Shown here in pieces: positions 30,981 to 40,689 of a DNA stretch of 64,000 nt; within the stretch, counting starts at the first letter, position 1, and each line of letters opens with the position of its first letter. The notes below the pieces were generated by a model. The model had not been told where the DNA came from. It saw only the letters and a list, made by a program, of their open reading frames with translations, and searched no databases. Source of the stretch: an uncultured Pseudobdellovibrionaceae bacterium (GTDB lineage: Bacteria; Bdellovibrionota; Bdellovibrionia; Bdellovibrionales; UBA1609); assembly GCA_963803705.1 (NCBI GenBank), contig CAWDNU010000003.1, forward strand, positions 96,001 to 160,000, written 5' to 3'. Made by a program: the position numbers and the translations under genes.

Positions 30981-31705
30981 AAAAGATCTTTTTTAGAGAT
31001 TAATGTATAGCTATTTTTACCATTAAACTTAGCTCTTAAAGCAAGATTTTGAGCAGAGTTTAACTTAAAGAATATACGGAAACGAAAATGATCTAAATCT
31101 TTAAATGAATGAGTTTTATAATAGACCACTTCCATAATCTGATGGTGTTGTTTATCGCTAGTGATCCAAAAGTTTTTAAGCTTTGGTTTAGCATAATTTT
31201 TAGGCTGCGCTAGGCTTCCTGAAATCACATAGACTTCATTAAATTTATGATAAAATATTTTATTCACATAAATAGTGGCCAAGTTTACGTTAAAGCTTAT
31301 TGGCTTAAACGTATTTCCACCTTTTTCATCTAGGGGTCTGTATTTGCTTTTTGGTTGCGTCCAATAAACTTTAACTAAATCATCATAGGCAGAACAAAGA
31401 CAGCTTTTAATATGAAATCCATATCTTCTGTGTCCACTGTATATGAACAGATTGCTATTAACTTGAGAAAGTGGCTGAATGGTTACATCTGTCCCACTAA
31501 ATTCAATGTTAAAGTAATTTGAATTACCACTTATTACTTTTGTGGGCGTATCTAGAAATTGTAACACTGTTGATCGTCCTAAGGATAAAGTAATTGGAAT
31601 CATTTTATTATCATCACTTTCAACGGATCTAACTTTCGAAAAAGCAGTAGATGAAAAAAGAGTGATAGTTATAATTATTAGTCTAATAAACATTCTACTC
31701 CTCAA
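30977..31705 (-). CDS. VirB9/TraK-like secreted core protein
   Basis: Signal peptide; ITLSLGRSTVLQF...VTIQP...SNLFIYS...RYGF pattern; lies between VirB8 and VirB10. Confidence 0.65.
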   Translation of the reverse strand: MRSRMFIRLIIITITLFSSTAFSKVRSVESDDNKMIPITLSLGRSTVLQFLDTPTKVISGNSNYFNIEFSGTDVTIQPLSQVNSNLFIYSGHRRYGFHIKSCLCSAYDDLVKVYWTQPKSKYRPLDEKGGNTFKPISFNVNLATIYVNKIFYHKFNEVYVISGSLAQPKNYAKPKLKNFWITSDKQHHQIMEVVYYKTHSFKDLDHFRFRIFFKLNSAQNLALRAKFNGKNSYTLISKKDLL

Positions 31706-32282
31706 ACTCTGTGATTGAGTTTACATAAAGACCACGAGGGTTAAATTTATTTGAAGTTTCTTTTATAATTTCTAAAATCACTTTTATGGGTCTAACGGCC
31801 TTAACTTTATCTCCTACGGCCACAATTTGATCTAAATGAGCGATGACACTTCCATCTTCAGTCTTAATATCTTGAATGATGACATCTTGAGAGACTTTGT
31901 TTTTTTCAATAAAATTTTTGGACTCTTCAAGTTGAACAATTAGTTTTTTTAAAAACCCATAGGTCACAACTGGAGTTACATCTCTTACGATGGAATCGAC
32001 CTCATACCGTTTCCAAGCATATCGACTTTGTAAAAAGCGCTTAGAAACTTGGAGTACATCAGCCTCAGTTAAGGGCTGTGTTCTTCTATCTCCAACAAAG
32101 TAAAGACTTTCTGACTCTGAAAGACCAATGACAATGGCTTTTTTATTAAAAGCATATGTAGAAAGACCAATTAAACTTAAGTTTGTTATTAAAAGGGCTA
32201 ATGTGACCCATTTAAAATTTAATATAATTTGATTTAATTTTATCCACTGATTGGACGATTTTTTTGAGTTTAAAAATATCAT
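31695..32282 (-). CDS. VirB8/TraE-like protein
   Basis: Single TM, NTF2-like pattern, C-terminal NPRGLYVNSI signature. Confidence 0.8.
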   Translation of the reverse strand: MIFLNSKKSSNQWIKLNQIILNFKWVTLALLITNLSLIGLSTYAFNKKAIVIGLSESESLYFVGDRRTQPLTEADVLQVSKRFLQSRYAWKRYEVDSIVRDVTPVVTYGFLKKLIVQLEESKNFIEKNKVSQDVIIQDIKTEDGSVIAHLDQIVAVGDKVKAVRPIKVILEIIKETSNKFNPRGLYVNSITEFEE

Positions 32283-32294
32283 TGATATCCTTTT

Positions 32295-33200
32295 TTAAGA
32301 ATTAGATTCATAAGAGCCATTATTTCTTGTTCGACTTATTTTTTGACTAAAGTTTTGAGCTGTTTTTCGACTTGAGTCGTAGCCATGCCTCAAGCCGTTG
32401 ACAGCTTTATTTTTTGCAAAGCCGCTAGCTTTTTTAAGTCCGCTATTAACTAGGTTTTTTCCAGCCATTGCAGGTGCCATTGAAAGTCCTGCGGCATATC
32501 CAGCAAAGTCACTTCCAATAAATGCTTTGGTTGTGAACGGAATAAACAACATGCTTCCACCTATAAATAGATTAATGACTATAAGTAAAATAGCGTTGTA
32601 GTTATCCCCATCTTGGATTGGTGCATGAGTTACAAATTTAAGAAGTATAACGCTTAATACAGCCCACATGATTTTCCATGTGATCACGGTGCATAGGCTT
32701 TGATAAAGACCAGTACAAATTTTTGCTGTTTTCTCTGGAATATAAGCTAAAATCATCAGAGGTGATAAAACATACAAAATCGCCCATACAAAATGCACCA
32801 AAGCGTCAGCTATAAAAGCTCCAAGATAGGCAAAGATAAAAGAGATTAAACTAAAGATCCAAATGATGGTTTCTTTATATTTAAGCCAGCTTATTTCCAT
32901 TCCAGTCACAAAAGTCCATGCTTCATCTAGAACTTCGTTAATATGAGGCTTTGGACTTATGGCAAACACCACTCCGTCACCAACGTAAGTTATCAGATGA
33001 AGGACCTCTTCAAAACTTACTAACATGATGATTGAAAGAAGCGCCCTATGAATTACTTTGGATGCGTTGGGAGCTTTATCAAATACATTAAAAAATTGTA
33101 GTATAATTAAAAAAGTCACAAGTGGAGCAATCGAAAGCCAATAGATGCCCACTAAATTTTGTCTTAAGTCGTTACAGACCTCGGGTAGCCAGTCATACAT
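32295..33200 (-). CDS. VirB6/TrbL-like polytopic membrane protein
   Basis: Multiple TMs, LYVLSPLMILAYIP motif, Gly/Ala-rich tail. Confidence 0.75.
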   Translation of the reverse strand: MYDWLPEVCNDLRQNLVGIYWLSIAPLVTFLIILQFFNVFDKAPNASKVIHRALLSIIMLVSFEEVLHLITYVGDGVVFAISPKPHINEVLDEAWTFVTGMEISWLKYKETIIWIFSLISFIFAYLGAFIADALVHFVWAILYVLSPLMILAYIPEKTAKICTGLYQSLCTVITWKIMWAVLSVILLKFVTHAPIQDGDNYNAILLIVINLFIGGSMLFIPFTTKAFIGSDFAGYAAGLSMAPAMAGKNLVNSGLKKASGFAKNKAVNGLRHGYDSSRKTAQNFSQKISRTRNNGSYESNS

Positions 33201-33871
33201 CAGTTAAACCTCGGCGTTTTAAATGTGGCTTCAAAAGTCTTAAAACTATTTGATAAATCTTTATTCACCTTGTTGTAGTGGTAGTTAGACTCTTTAGCTT
33301 TTTTGGTATTTAGCGCTAGTTGCTCACCTTGAAGTTTAAGCATTTGCCCGTTTACTTTTAAAAGCTGATTTAAAGTGTGAAGAATAGCCGCACTGGTTTT
33401 AACACTTGCTCTTGCAGCACCCTTTGGGCTTGCTTGATTTGCAGAATTAGAAATTTGAATTGAATTTTCCTCTTGAATAGCTGCGTACTCTTTAAGTGCG
33501 TTAGCAATCTTAATACTTTCTGCGACTGTTTCATCATGAAGTCTAAGCAAGGGCTCTTCTGGTCCTGAAGGGACTTCACCATATAGATCTTCAATTTTGC
33601 TTAAAGCTAATTTAAAAGTTTTTAGATCACTTAAAACACCACTGTCTTCAATGGAAAATGTTTCAAGCAAGGCTATGGCCTCTTGGAGTCCATCATTAAT
33701 GGATTCAATCATTTCTTTATGTTGTTTTGCATTTGCATATATTGTTTTAAGCTGATTATACTGGTTAATGGCTTGAGCTAATATTTTAACTAAAAATGGG
33801 ATCATGGCTGCTGCATCCATCCCAAAAAAAGCGTGGGCTCTTTTTGGAGGTGTAATCACAAACACAGACAT
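33200..33871 (-). CDS. VirB5/TrbJ-like protein
   Basis: AHA signal cleavage site and Q-rich helices; the frame extends to about 33919 (ATA) to give a full signal peptide. Confidence 0.65.
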   Translation of the reverse strand: MSVFVITPPKRAHAFFGMDAAAMIPFLVKILAQAINQYNQLKTIYANAKQHKEMIESINDGLQEAIALLETFSIEDSGVLSDLKTFKLALSKIEDLYGEVPSGPEEPLLRLHDETVAESIKIANALKEYAAIQEENSIQISNSANQASPKGAARASVKTSAAILHTLNQLLKVNGQMLKLQGEQLALNTKKAKESNYHYNKVNKDLSNSFKTFEATFKTPRFN

Positions 33872-33915
33872 TGTGCTTACAAGTAGCAGTATTAAAAAGT
33901 TTGATTTGAATTTTT

Positions 33916-36394
33916 TTATTGGACACCTTCTTTTTTTATATTTTTATCTAGGTTTTGTTCTTCAACAATTTTTTGTAAAACGTTGATGTAAGTGAGATCA
34001 GAAAAACGCTCTTTAGTTTTTCTAATGATTTCTTTATCTTGTGGATCAGTGGTACAAATCCAATAAGATAGGGGATCGGGTTCAATTTTTAAAATGGCTT
34101 TATTTTCGTCTTGAATGTAAAGATGTTCAGAAAATTTACCTTTTTCAGACCTTAGGCTTTTTATAGCTGAAATTTCAGCATCGTTTAAAGATAAGATATT
34201 TTGAAATTCATCCCAATCAACCCCTCGTTGTTTTAAAATGACTCTAGATGGAGTGTTCTGCATGATGGCCGCAGATATTTCAGGATCGAACATAAAGTCT
34301 TTAATGCTTTGAGATATTCCCCAAATGCCGCCGTAAAACTTTCGCATGGTTCTGTAACATTCAATGACAAATTGAGCGGCTGATTTGTTCTGTAATATCT
34401 TCCAGATTTCATCTATGACCAGTAAATACTTTTGGCCAGTATCTTTTGAAGCCTCGTTCATGATGTACTCAGTTAAGATTAATAAAAGTACACGCTGTAA
34501 ATCTGGATAAACATCTAGGCCTTTGACTTCGATGGCAACTAAGTTTTTTTCTAACTCGATATTTGTCTGACCATCTAAAAGATTTCCGTAAGCTGTAGAG
34601 CCCGTCCAAGAGTATAAAATATCTGAATATTTTTTCATCTCTTGAAATTCATGTTTGATTAAAATATTTCTAAAATCACTAATAGTTGGAGATCTGTCTT
34701 TACAATGAAGGTAAGTTTTAAAAATAGCTTCTTCTAAAAGTGCTTTTTCCCGTTTTGGAAGACCATTTGAGTCTTCTTCTTTACAAATGATTTCAATGAT
34801 CCCTAATAATAGTTTTACTTTTCTGGGGGTTGGCTTTGTTTCGCCATGCTCAAGAGTAAAAGCGTTTAATATAAGACCACTTTCAAGGTTTAGATCTATG
34901 AACTGTCCACCTAATGAATCAACTAAACCTTTTGAACTTGCCCCATTATCTATCCACACAACTTTTGAATTTGATTTTCTAATTTTATTATTATCAATCA
35001 CTTTTTTGATCTCCTATAAACATAAGAATCAATGAGTTTAAAGAAAAGGATTTTCCTGAACCCGAAGAACCAATAATAAAACCATTCCAGTTTGGAAGTT
35101 TGGGATGAAAAGGATCAATTCCAATCAACACGTTATCTCTATTAGGCATTAAACAAACTGGTCTTGGGTTTCCCATCCAGTAAGAATAAACGGGGAGTAG
35201 GTGAGCTAAGTTACTGGACTTCATTTTTTTAGGTCTATTCATCTGACATAGTCCAGGTGCAAGCTTCATAAAGGCATCAAAGTTAGCATAGGTTTCAACG
35301 ATGCCCTCAGCTCCACTTAGTCTTTTAATGGTTCGTAAGATTTCATCTTCCTTTTCTTCAAGTTCTCTTTCAGATTCACCCCAAATTATAAAATTTAAAT
35401 CCGATTCAACCACTTTTTCAGTGGAATCTAAAAGTTCAGATAATAGTCCTTCAATTTGACCCAGAGCTGACTCACTTTCTAAATCACTTACGTTTTGACT
35501 GCCTGAAGCCATGGAATGATTAAGTTTTCTTTTAATATTTAACTTTTTGTATTCAGCGGCTTGATTACACATCCTAAGTGTTTGAGTAATAAAGCAATGA
35601 AATGGGAGTTTGATCAAATTATCAATCATTCCTGATTCAGTCAGTTCAGGAAGGCTTTTTAAACTTATGACTTTAAATTTATAATCTCCAATTTCTAAAA
35701 AATTCTTATAAAGCTTCATATCAGTTAAAATGAGTTGGGAAACAAGAGAATTAGACTGAAATAGCTTTGGCTTTTGAAATTTAGGTGCTAATAACTTTTC
35801 TGATCTTGAAAGATTAAAATATTTATAAAGTAATTCTAGCCATTCCTTTTTTGAAAGTTCAGATTCAAAAATATTCAAGGATTTTAAACTTGATGATACT
35901 TGATTGATTTGCTTTTCAAAATTCTTGCTATGAATTTTGAATTCGTCTTCTGTTGTAGCAATAAAGTCTTTTTCCTTTGAAAAAAGGTTTTTTGATTTAT
36001 AACTAAGTGGCTTTGATTTTAAAAATAAATAAATTTCTGGATTAAAGTAGTGACCGTTTTGTCTATTTTTTTCTAAGAAGTCTTTTCTAGATTTTAAGAT
36101 AGGATCATAAGCCTTATCAGGATACGTTTTAGATAAATTGGTGTGCTCATTTATTAAATCATCGACCTCAGGCGACAGATGATAAAAAACTTGAAGACTG
36201 ATGCCTTCATTTAATGATGTGACGAGTCCCTCAAGTTTAGAATTAAAGACATTGATTTCAGGCACGGTTTCACACGAAATATCTTTGCCCTTGATTTTAA
36301 AGCCAAAGCCTAAAGATCCATCGCCGAAAACAAGGGTGTCTTTATAAAAATTCCAAATGTTTAGGTGATCACCCAAATTATTAGGATTAATCAT
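33916..36394 (-). pseudogene. virB4: VirB4/TraC ATPase split by a frameshift near 35002
   Basis: NGFIIGSSGSGKS at the end of the first ORF; VVWID, LVIDEIW, RKFYG and SQ in the second; removing one A from GATCAAAAAAGTG fuses them. Confidence 0.85.
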
Positions 36395-36734
36395 GAATGA
36401 CCTCTTTTAGTCTTTTAAATTCGTTTTTAGGCATGGAGCCTGAAAACATGACTCCAGGTAAACTTTGAAATTTAATATAGTCCTGAAGAAATCTATCAGG
36501 CTTACCCTTTTTACCAAAATAAATGGTTAATACTAAAAGACTTGGAAGCCCGAAAACAATCGGGCCTCCAATAGAGGTTTGTCCAAACATTAGATTTAAA
36601 ACAGAAGCTGTTCCGGCAACTACTAAAACATCAAAAAGTTCTATTCCAAAAAATTTAACTTTAGAGTCTAGGTTTTTATGAACAATGGACATATCTAGAG
36701 TTTCCCTCATTAGGCTAAGACTCCTTGAATCCAA
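36387..36734 (-). CDS. VirB3/TraL-like protein
   Basis: LDSKVKFFGIELFD, two TMs, KKGKPDRFL; directly upstream of virB4. Confidence 0.75.
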   Translation of the reverse strand: MDSRSLSLMRETLDMSIVHKNLDSKVKFFGIELFDVLVVAGTASVLNLMFGQTSIGGPIVFGLPSLLVLTIYFGKKGKPDRFLQDYIKFQSLPGVMFSGSMPKNEFKRLKEVIHD

Positions 36735-37054
36735 CCAATGATGTAAGGTGCTAAAAAGCCAACCACACTGCCTATTAGACAGAATGTAATCTTACCTTTG
36801 GCCCCTTCATTACCAGTGGCAGCTAAAATTCCAGCATACACCAAACCAAAAACACTCATAATAGGTAAAATGACTCCTGTGAACTTAGATTGTAGAGCTG
36901 ACATTTTATTTTCAAAACCGGATTTTACGATGGATGCAAAACTAAATTCTGGTGAAAATACGATGAGCGCAAGTATGGTGATATAAACGAGAAACACAGT
37001 TTTTTTATGATTGTAGATAAAATTTAATAATCTTTTAAGCGGATTTCTTTTCAT
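36710..37054 (-). CDS. VirB2/TrbC-like pilin
   Basis: Long leader ending SFA, two hydrophobic segments, APYII end. Confidence 0.8.
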   Translation of the reverse strand: MKRNPLKRLLNFIYNHKKTVFLVYITILALIVFSPEFSFASIVKSGFENKMSALQSKFTGVILPIMSVFGLVYAGILAATGNEGAKGKITFCLIGSVVGFLAPYIIGWIQGVLA

Positions 37055-37397
37055 GATTTTCCTTGGGTGTGATAAGAATAAATTTATTAAATGGTGCTGT
37101 TTTAATTAAAATATCACCAGAGACCTGATCTAAAAAACCAGTGCCTTGTTTGTATTGATGGATTTTCTTTCCTTGTGGATTTAATAAATAGCTTACAATT
37201 CTGTAATGGCTTATATCATCTTTGTAGCCAACGGATTGGATTTCATACTTGTTATTCGGAAAAAAGTTTAATGTTAAGTTATAGTTCCCTGTCCATTCGT
37301 TATAATAAGCAACACCAGCTAGGTCTTTTTCGCCTGTTTGCTGATCGTACCACCAAACATAATGGATATTTTTTGAATTCTTATTTGATATTTGCAC
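37035..37397 (-). CDS. Hypothetical protein with internal repeat (DUF736-like?)
   Basis: GAGGAG RBS; two units of GxA/Gx(Y/F)...G...LxxxxFP. Confidence 0.55.
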   Translation of the reverse strand: MQISNKNSKNIHYVWWYDQQTGEKDLAGVAYYNEWTGNYNLTLNFFPNNKYEIQSVGYKDDISHYRIVSYLLNPQGKKIHQYKQGTGFLDQVSGDILIKTAPFNKFILITPKENHEKKSA

Positions 37398-37536
37398 TTG
37401 GTATAAACTCCTCTTTAAGGTTTAAAATAATTTTAATGTGTCCCTTAATTTGATTTCTAATTTGTTTATGACTTTTCTTCTCAGGGACCAAAGATGTAAG
37501 TTTGGATATTTGTTTTAAAATTTGATTTAAGTTCAT
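37381..37536 (-). CDS. Small hypothetical protein (51 aa)
   Basis: Manual translation MNLNQILKQISK...SANIK; fills the operon gap. Confidence 0.35.
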   Translation of the reverse strand: MNLNQILKQISKLTSLVPEKKSHKQIRNQIKGHIKIILNLKEEFIPSANIK

Positions 37537-37545
37537 ATTTTTTAT

Positions 37546-37710
37546 TTAGGTATTTCTGGCCATGGCTTTGAAATTAAGGTTAAAGATTTCAACTAGATCT
37601 AAAGTTCGATCTAAATGCTCTTCAACGTCGTCAATACAATGGCTAAACCAATCTTCCCAATTTTTTACTTTTAATTTCTTTTTAAGTTTGTTCACTTTTG
37701 TTTTTCTCAC
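37546..37710 (-). CDS. Small hypothetical protein (54 aa)
   Basis: Manual translation MRKTKVNK...WEDWFSHC...ARNT; fills the operon gap. Confidence 0.35.
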   Translation of the reverse strand: MRKTKVNKLKKKLKVKNWEDWFSHCIDDVEEHLDRTLDLVEIFNLNFKAMARNT

Positions 37711-37730
37711 TTTATATAAATTTAATTAGT

Positions 37731-38033
37731 TTAAGCCGCTGATGGATTAAACTCAGATTCAACTTCAGTTTTTTGTTTTCCGTGATTAGCCAATTCTGAT
37801 TTTTGATCTCTTAAGATTTTAATAGAACTACTAAAGTTAGTAGTTGATATTTCATTTAGAATCTGATCACATCTCAAAGTTTGATTTATATAAGAATAGC
37901 CATCTTGAACGTCATAATAATTGCAGTTTACACAGTGGCTGTGAGTTTTAAGTTTTTCAAAACCATGTTCTCCGCATCTTGGACAGTTTTGGAATTTAGC
38001 TCTTGAGTCTGCATTTAGATTGTATTGCTCCAT
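37731..38033 (-). CDS. Zinc-ribbon small protein, first gene of the transfer operon
   Basis: CPRC...CVNC; AGGAG RBS; ends in SAA. Confidence 0.7.
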   Translation of the reverse strand: MEQYNLNADSRAKFQNCPRCGEHGFEKLKTHSHCVNCNYYDVQDGYSYINQTLRCDQILNEISTTNFSSSIKILRDQKSELANHGKQKTEVESEFNPSAA

Positions 38034-38104
38034 AATTTTTATTTTCTCCTTTTAACATTTTAGTTATTGGTGAAAGTTGCTTAAGTGCACCCTTCACCCT
38101 TACT

Positions 38105-38151
38105 ATTGCTAAGGGAGTGCCAAAAATGATTTCTAACCTAAGTAATTGAGA
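38105..38151 (-). promoter_or_regulatory. Sigma54 -24/-12 promoter of the transfer operon with IHF-like site
   Basis: Minus strand TTGGCACTCCCTTAGCAAT (GG-N10-GC); TCTCAATTACTTA at 38139-38151. Confidence 0.75.
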
Positions 38152-38513
38152 TTGTTGGATATCAGTCGAAGTATTGAAAAAAATATAGATTAAAAAAAAT
38201 TAAAAATTTTGAATTTTTAATTTTATAATTTAATTTTTTTAAAAATAGATAGTTAAGCTTAAAGTTTTAGGTTCTAGCTGTAATCATGGATCATATTAGG
38301 TTCTGGACAGATTCATTTTTGATATTGATTTTACAAATTGAGTATATAAATTTTAATTGTTAGCTTTTAAAATCTTGTAAAGCTTTGAATTGGTGATTTG
38401 AGTATTAACTCAGATCACCAATAACAATTGTGGACTAGAAGAAGCCTAATAGGTGATCTAGCAGGCGGGAAATCTGAATTAAATTAAAAAAAGTTGTCAC
38501 ATAAGTATTTCCT

Positions 38514-38924
38514 GTGTATTATTTTAGTGTGAAATCAATTTTGAGACTATTTCTTGTGTTTTATTTAGCACTGCTCTCGTCATACGACTTAGCTTTGGCT
38601 GATGAATTGAAAGAAATTGGTCACTTTTTTAATCATGAACATAGTTCTAACAAGTTTAGTCTTAACTTTAGCTCTGATTTGAATAATTATGAGGATGAAA
38701 GTTTAAATAATAGTAAGCATAGCAAAAGCAATTGCCCAGAATCTGAAGGTTGTCATACTTTGCATCAGTGTCACATGGGTCATTGCGGTTACTTGCCTTC
38801 AGCATTTATTTTTGTAAGTTTAGTTCTAAATAGTGAGTTTTCACCAAATTATTTCCAAATATTTCAATCTAGACCTTTGGGTGGATTATTCAAACCACCT
38901 CGGCTTTCTAAGATTTTTATCTAA
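38514..38924 (+). CDS. His/Cys-rich CzcI/DUF2946-like metal-binding protein
   Basis: CHTLHQCHMGHC and C-terminal KPPR; heads the czc cluster. Confidence 0.65.
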   Translation: MYYFSVKSILRLFLVFYLALLSSYDLALADELKEIGHFFNHEHSSNKFSLNFSSDLNNYEDESLNNSKHSKSNCPESEGCHTLHQCHMGHCGYLPSAFIFVSLVLNSEFSPNYFQIFQSRPLGGLFKPPRLSKIFI

Positions 38925-38962
38925 TTTATTCCAATTACATTTAAATTTAAATGAGGTGAAGG

Positions 38963-40213
38963 ATGATAAGATATCTTCTTATTTGTCACTGCTTTGGTAT
39001 TTTTGTGTTTCTACAAAATGCAAAGGCAGAGATTTGTCAGAAAGCAGAAGGTGCTAACGACTTGCTGGAATGTTTAATGAAAAAACATCCTGAGCTTGAT
39101 TTGGCAGAATTAAACGTTGAAGTAGCTAAAGGACAGGTCAAGCAATCTAGTCAAAGACCAAACCCTCAGATTCAGTGGCAAGGGACTGATACCCAAGGCG
39201 GCGGAGGCCTAACCAATGAATTCAATTTGCAGCATACAATTGAGCTTGGTTCAAAGCAGTTTGCTAGAGTGAAGTTGGCAGAATCCGAATTGGCTATCCA
39301 AAAAGTTGGAGTTGAAGGAAGTTTTGGTCAAATTAAAATTGATTTGATTGTGAAGTTGTACCGCTTACGTCAGATTAACCACGAGATAGAAGTAATAATG
39401 GAGAATCGTCATACATTCCAAAGAATGATTTCTCAGTATAAAAGAATTGGAAAAATGAATCCAGAGCAAGAAATATCAGTGAATGTATTTCGAATGGCAT
39501 CAGAGGAAGTCCAGTTAAAATTGGGTGAACTTCGAAATGAAAAAGATAGAATTTTAACAGATTTAAGTGTTGTTTCTGGTGAAGATTTAACGCCAAGAGT
39601 AAACCAACTTCCTGAAATTGCTCATGAATGGCCAGTCCTAGAAAATGGTGATTTAGAAGGCCCAATAGTAAAACAAGCTAAGGTTGGTTTAAATAAAGCT
39701 AACAAACTTTATGAAATGGAGAAGGCGGAGTCTTGGCCTAATATTAATGTTGGTCCTCGTCTAGTCCAAGTGCCTGGTTCACAAGGCGGAACTTTTTTAG
39801 GGGCAGCAATCAGTGTTCCTTTACCACTACTTAGTTTGAACAAGGGTGGGAGAGCGGCTGCGCTGGCAAATAAAAAACGGCAAGAATATCGAAGTCATTT
39901 AGTTGAGAGAAAAGTAAAAGCCGAAGCTCTACGTCTAATACAAACTTACAAAAGATCATCCGAAGCTTATAAGGCAGCAAGAAAAACCAGTAATATCCAA
40001 AATAAACATACTAGTCTTCACAATATGATTAATAGAGGTGTTGTGACTCCTTCGATAGTGATTGAATTGCACCGTCAGATCATTGAGTTCTATAAATCGT
40101 TACACTCGCAAGAGTTGGCCGCAGTTCGGGCTAGGTGGGAATATTATTTCCTTTTAGGTAATATAAATACCAAGAAAATCGAAGGGAGTAGAAATGATAG
40201 TAAAATTCATTAG
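38963..40213 (+). CDS. czcC: TolC-family outer-membrane efflux protein
   Basis: Signal peptide, RPNP, IELGSK and SVPLPL OEP motifs; context. Confidence 0.8.
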   Translation: MIRYLLICHCFGIFVFLQNAKAEICQKAEGANDLLECLMKKHPELDLAELNVEVAKGQVKQSSQRPNPQIQWQGTDTQGGGGLTNEFNLQHTIELGSKQFARVKLAESELAIQKVGVEGSFGQIKIDLIVKLYRLRQINHEIEVIMENRHTFQRMISQYKRIGKMNPEQEISVNVFRMASEEVQLKLGELRNEKDRILTDLSVVSGEDLTPRVNQLPEIAHEWPVLENGDLEGPIVKQAKVGLNKANKLYEMEKAESWPNINVGPRLVQVPGSQGGTFLGAAISVPLPLLSLNKGGRAAALANKKRQEYRSHLVERKVKAEALRLIQTYKRSSEAYKAARKTSNIQNKHTSLHNMINRGVVTPSIVIELHRQIIEFYKSLHSQELAAVRARWEYYFLLGNINTKKIEGSRNDSKIH

Positions 40214-40667
40214 TCGTATATTAGTTATGTGTGTTGTTTTTATTTTTTGTTTCACCATCATGGGTGAAAATCAAGATGAGCACGAGCATAGTGAAGAGAG
40301 TTCAAAAAGTAAGACTATCCTTAGTGTAAAGAATGGTGGGCGCAGATTCGAGCTTTCTAAAAAAGCTATATCAACCTTAAAACTTAAATACGGACCGTGC
40401 GATCATAGTAAAGACAATATAGTTCAAATTCCCAACGAGTCTTTAGTTAGTTTTGGCAATGAATACGGAATATTTATTCACAGCTCAGATTGGTTTGAGC
40501 TCATAGAGGTGCAGGTTGAGTCTCGTTCAAAAGAAAACAGCATAGTCTCAGCAGACTATTTCTCTGAAAAAAATAGGCCATGTGAAATTGTTGTTTCTGG
40601 AGTTCCACTTCTACGAGTGGCTCAATTAGAAGCATCGGGTGAAGGTGGAGAAGGTCATGGTCATTAA
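40194..40667 (+). CDS. Short CzcB-like periplasmic adaptor (157 aa)
   Basis: IPNESLV...IVVSGVPLL MFP C-terminal motifs, His-rich ends (GHGH). Confidence 0.65.
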   Translation: MIVKFISRILVMCVVFIFCFTIMGENQDEHEHSEESSKSKTILSVKNGGRRFELSKKAISTLKLKYGPCDHSKDNIVQIPNESLVSFGNEYGIFIHSSDWFELIEVQVESRSKENSIVSADYFSEKNRPCEIVVSGVPLLRVAQLEASGEGGEGHGH

Positions 40668-40689
40668 ACAATTGATAAGAAGGTAAGAA

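Noticed and set aside
34994..35015. Programmed -1 frameshift or natural split of virB4 at CAAAAAAG
   Set aside because: A -1 shift hits TGA at once and fusion needs +1. The break is just after Walker A, so a one-base homopolymer insertion is more likely, although an AGGAG precedes the GTG.
38495..38520. TGTCACA upstream of the czc cluster as a third ECF promoter
   Set aside because: The -10 is TGTA with a spacer 2 nt shorter than the two matched promoters
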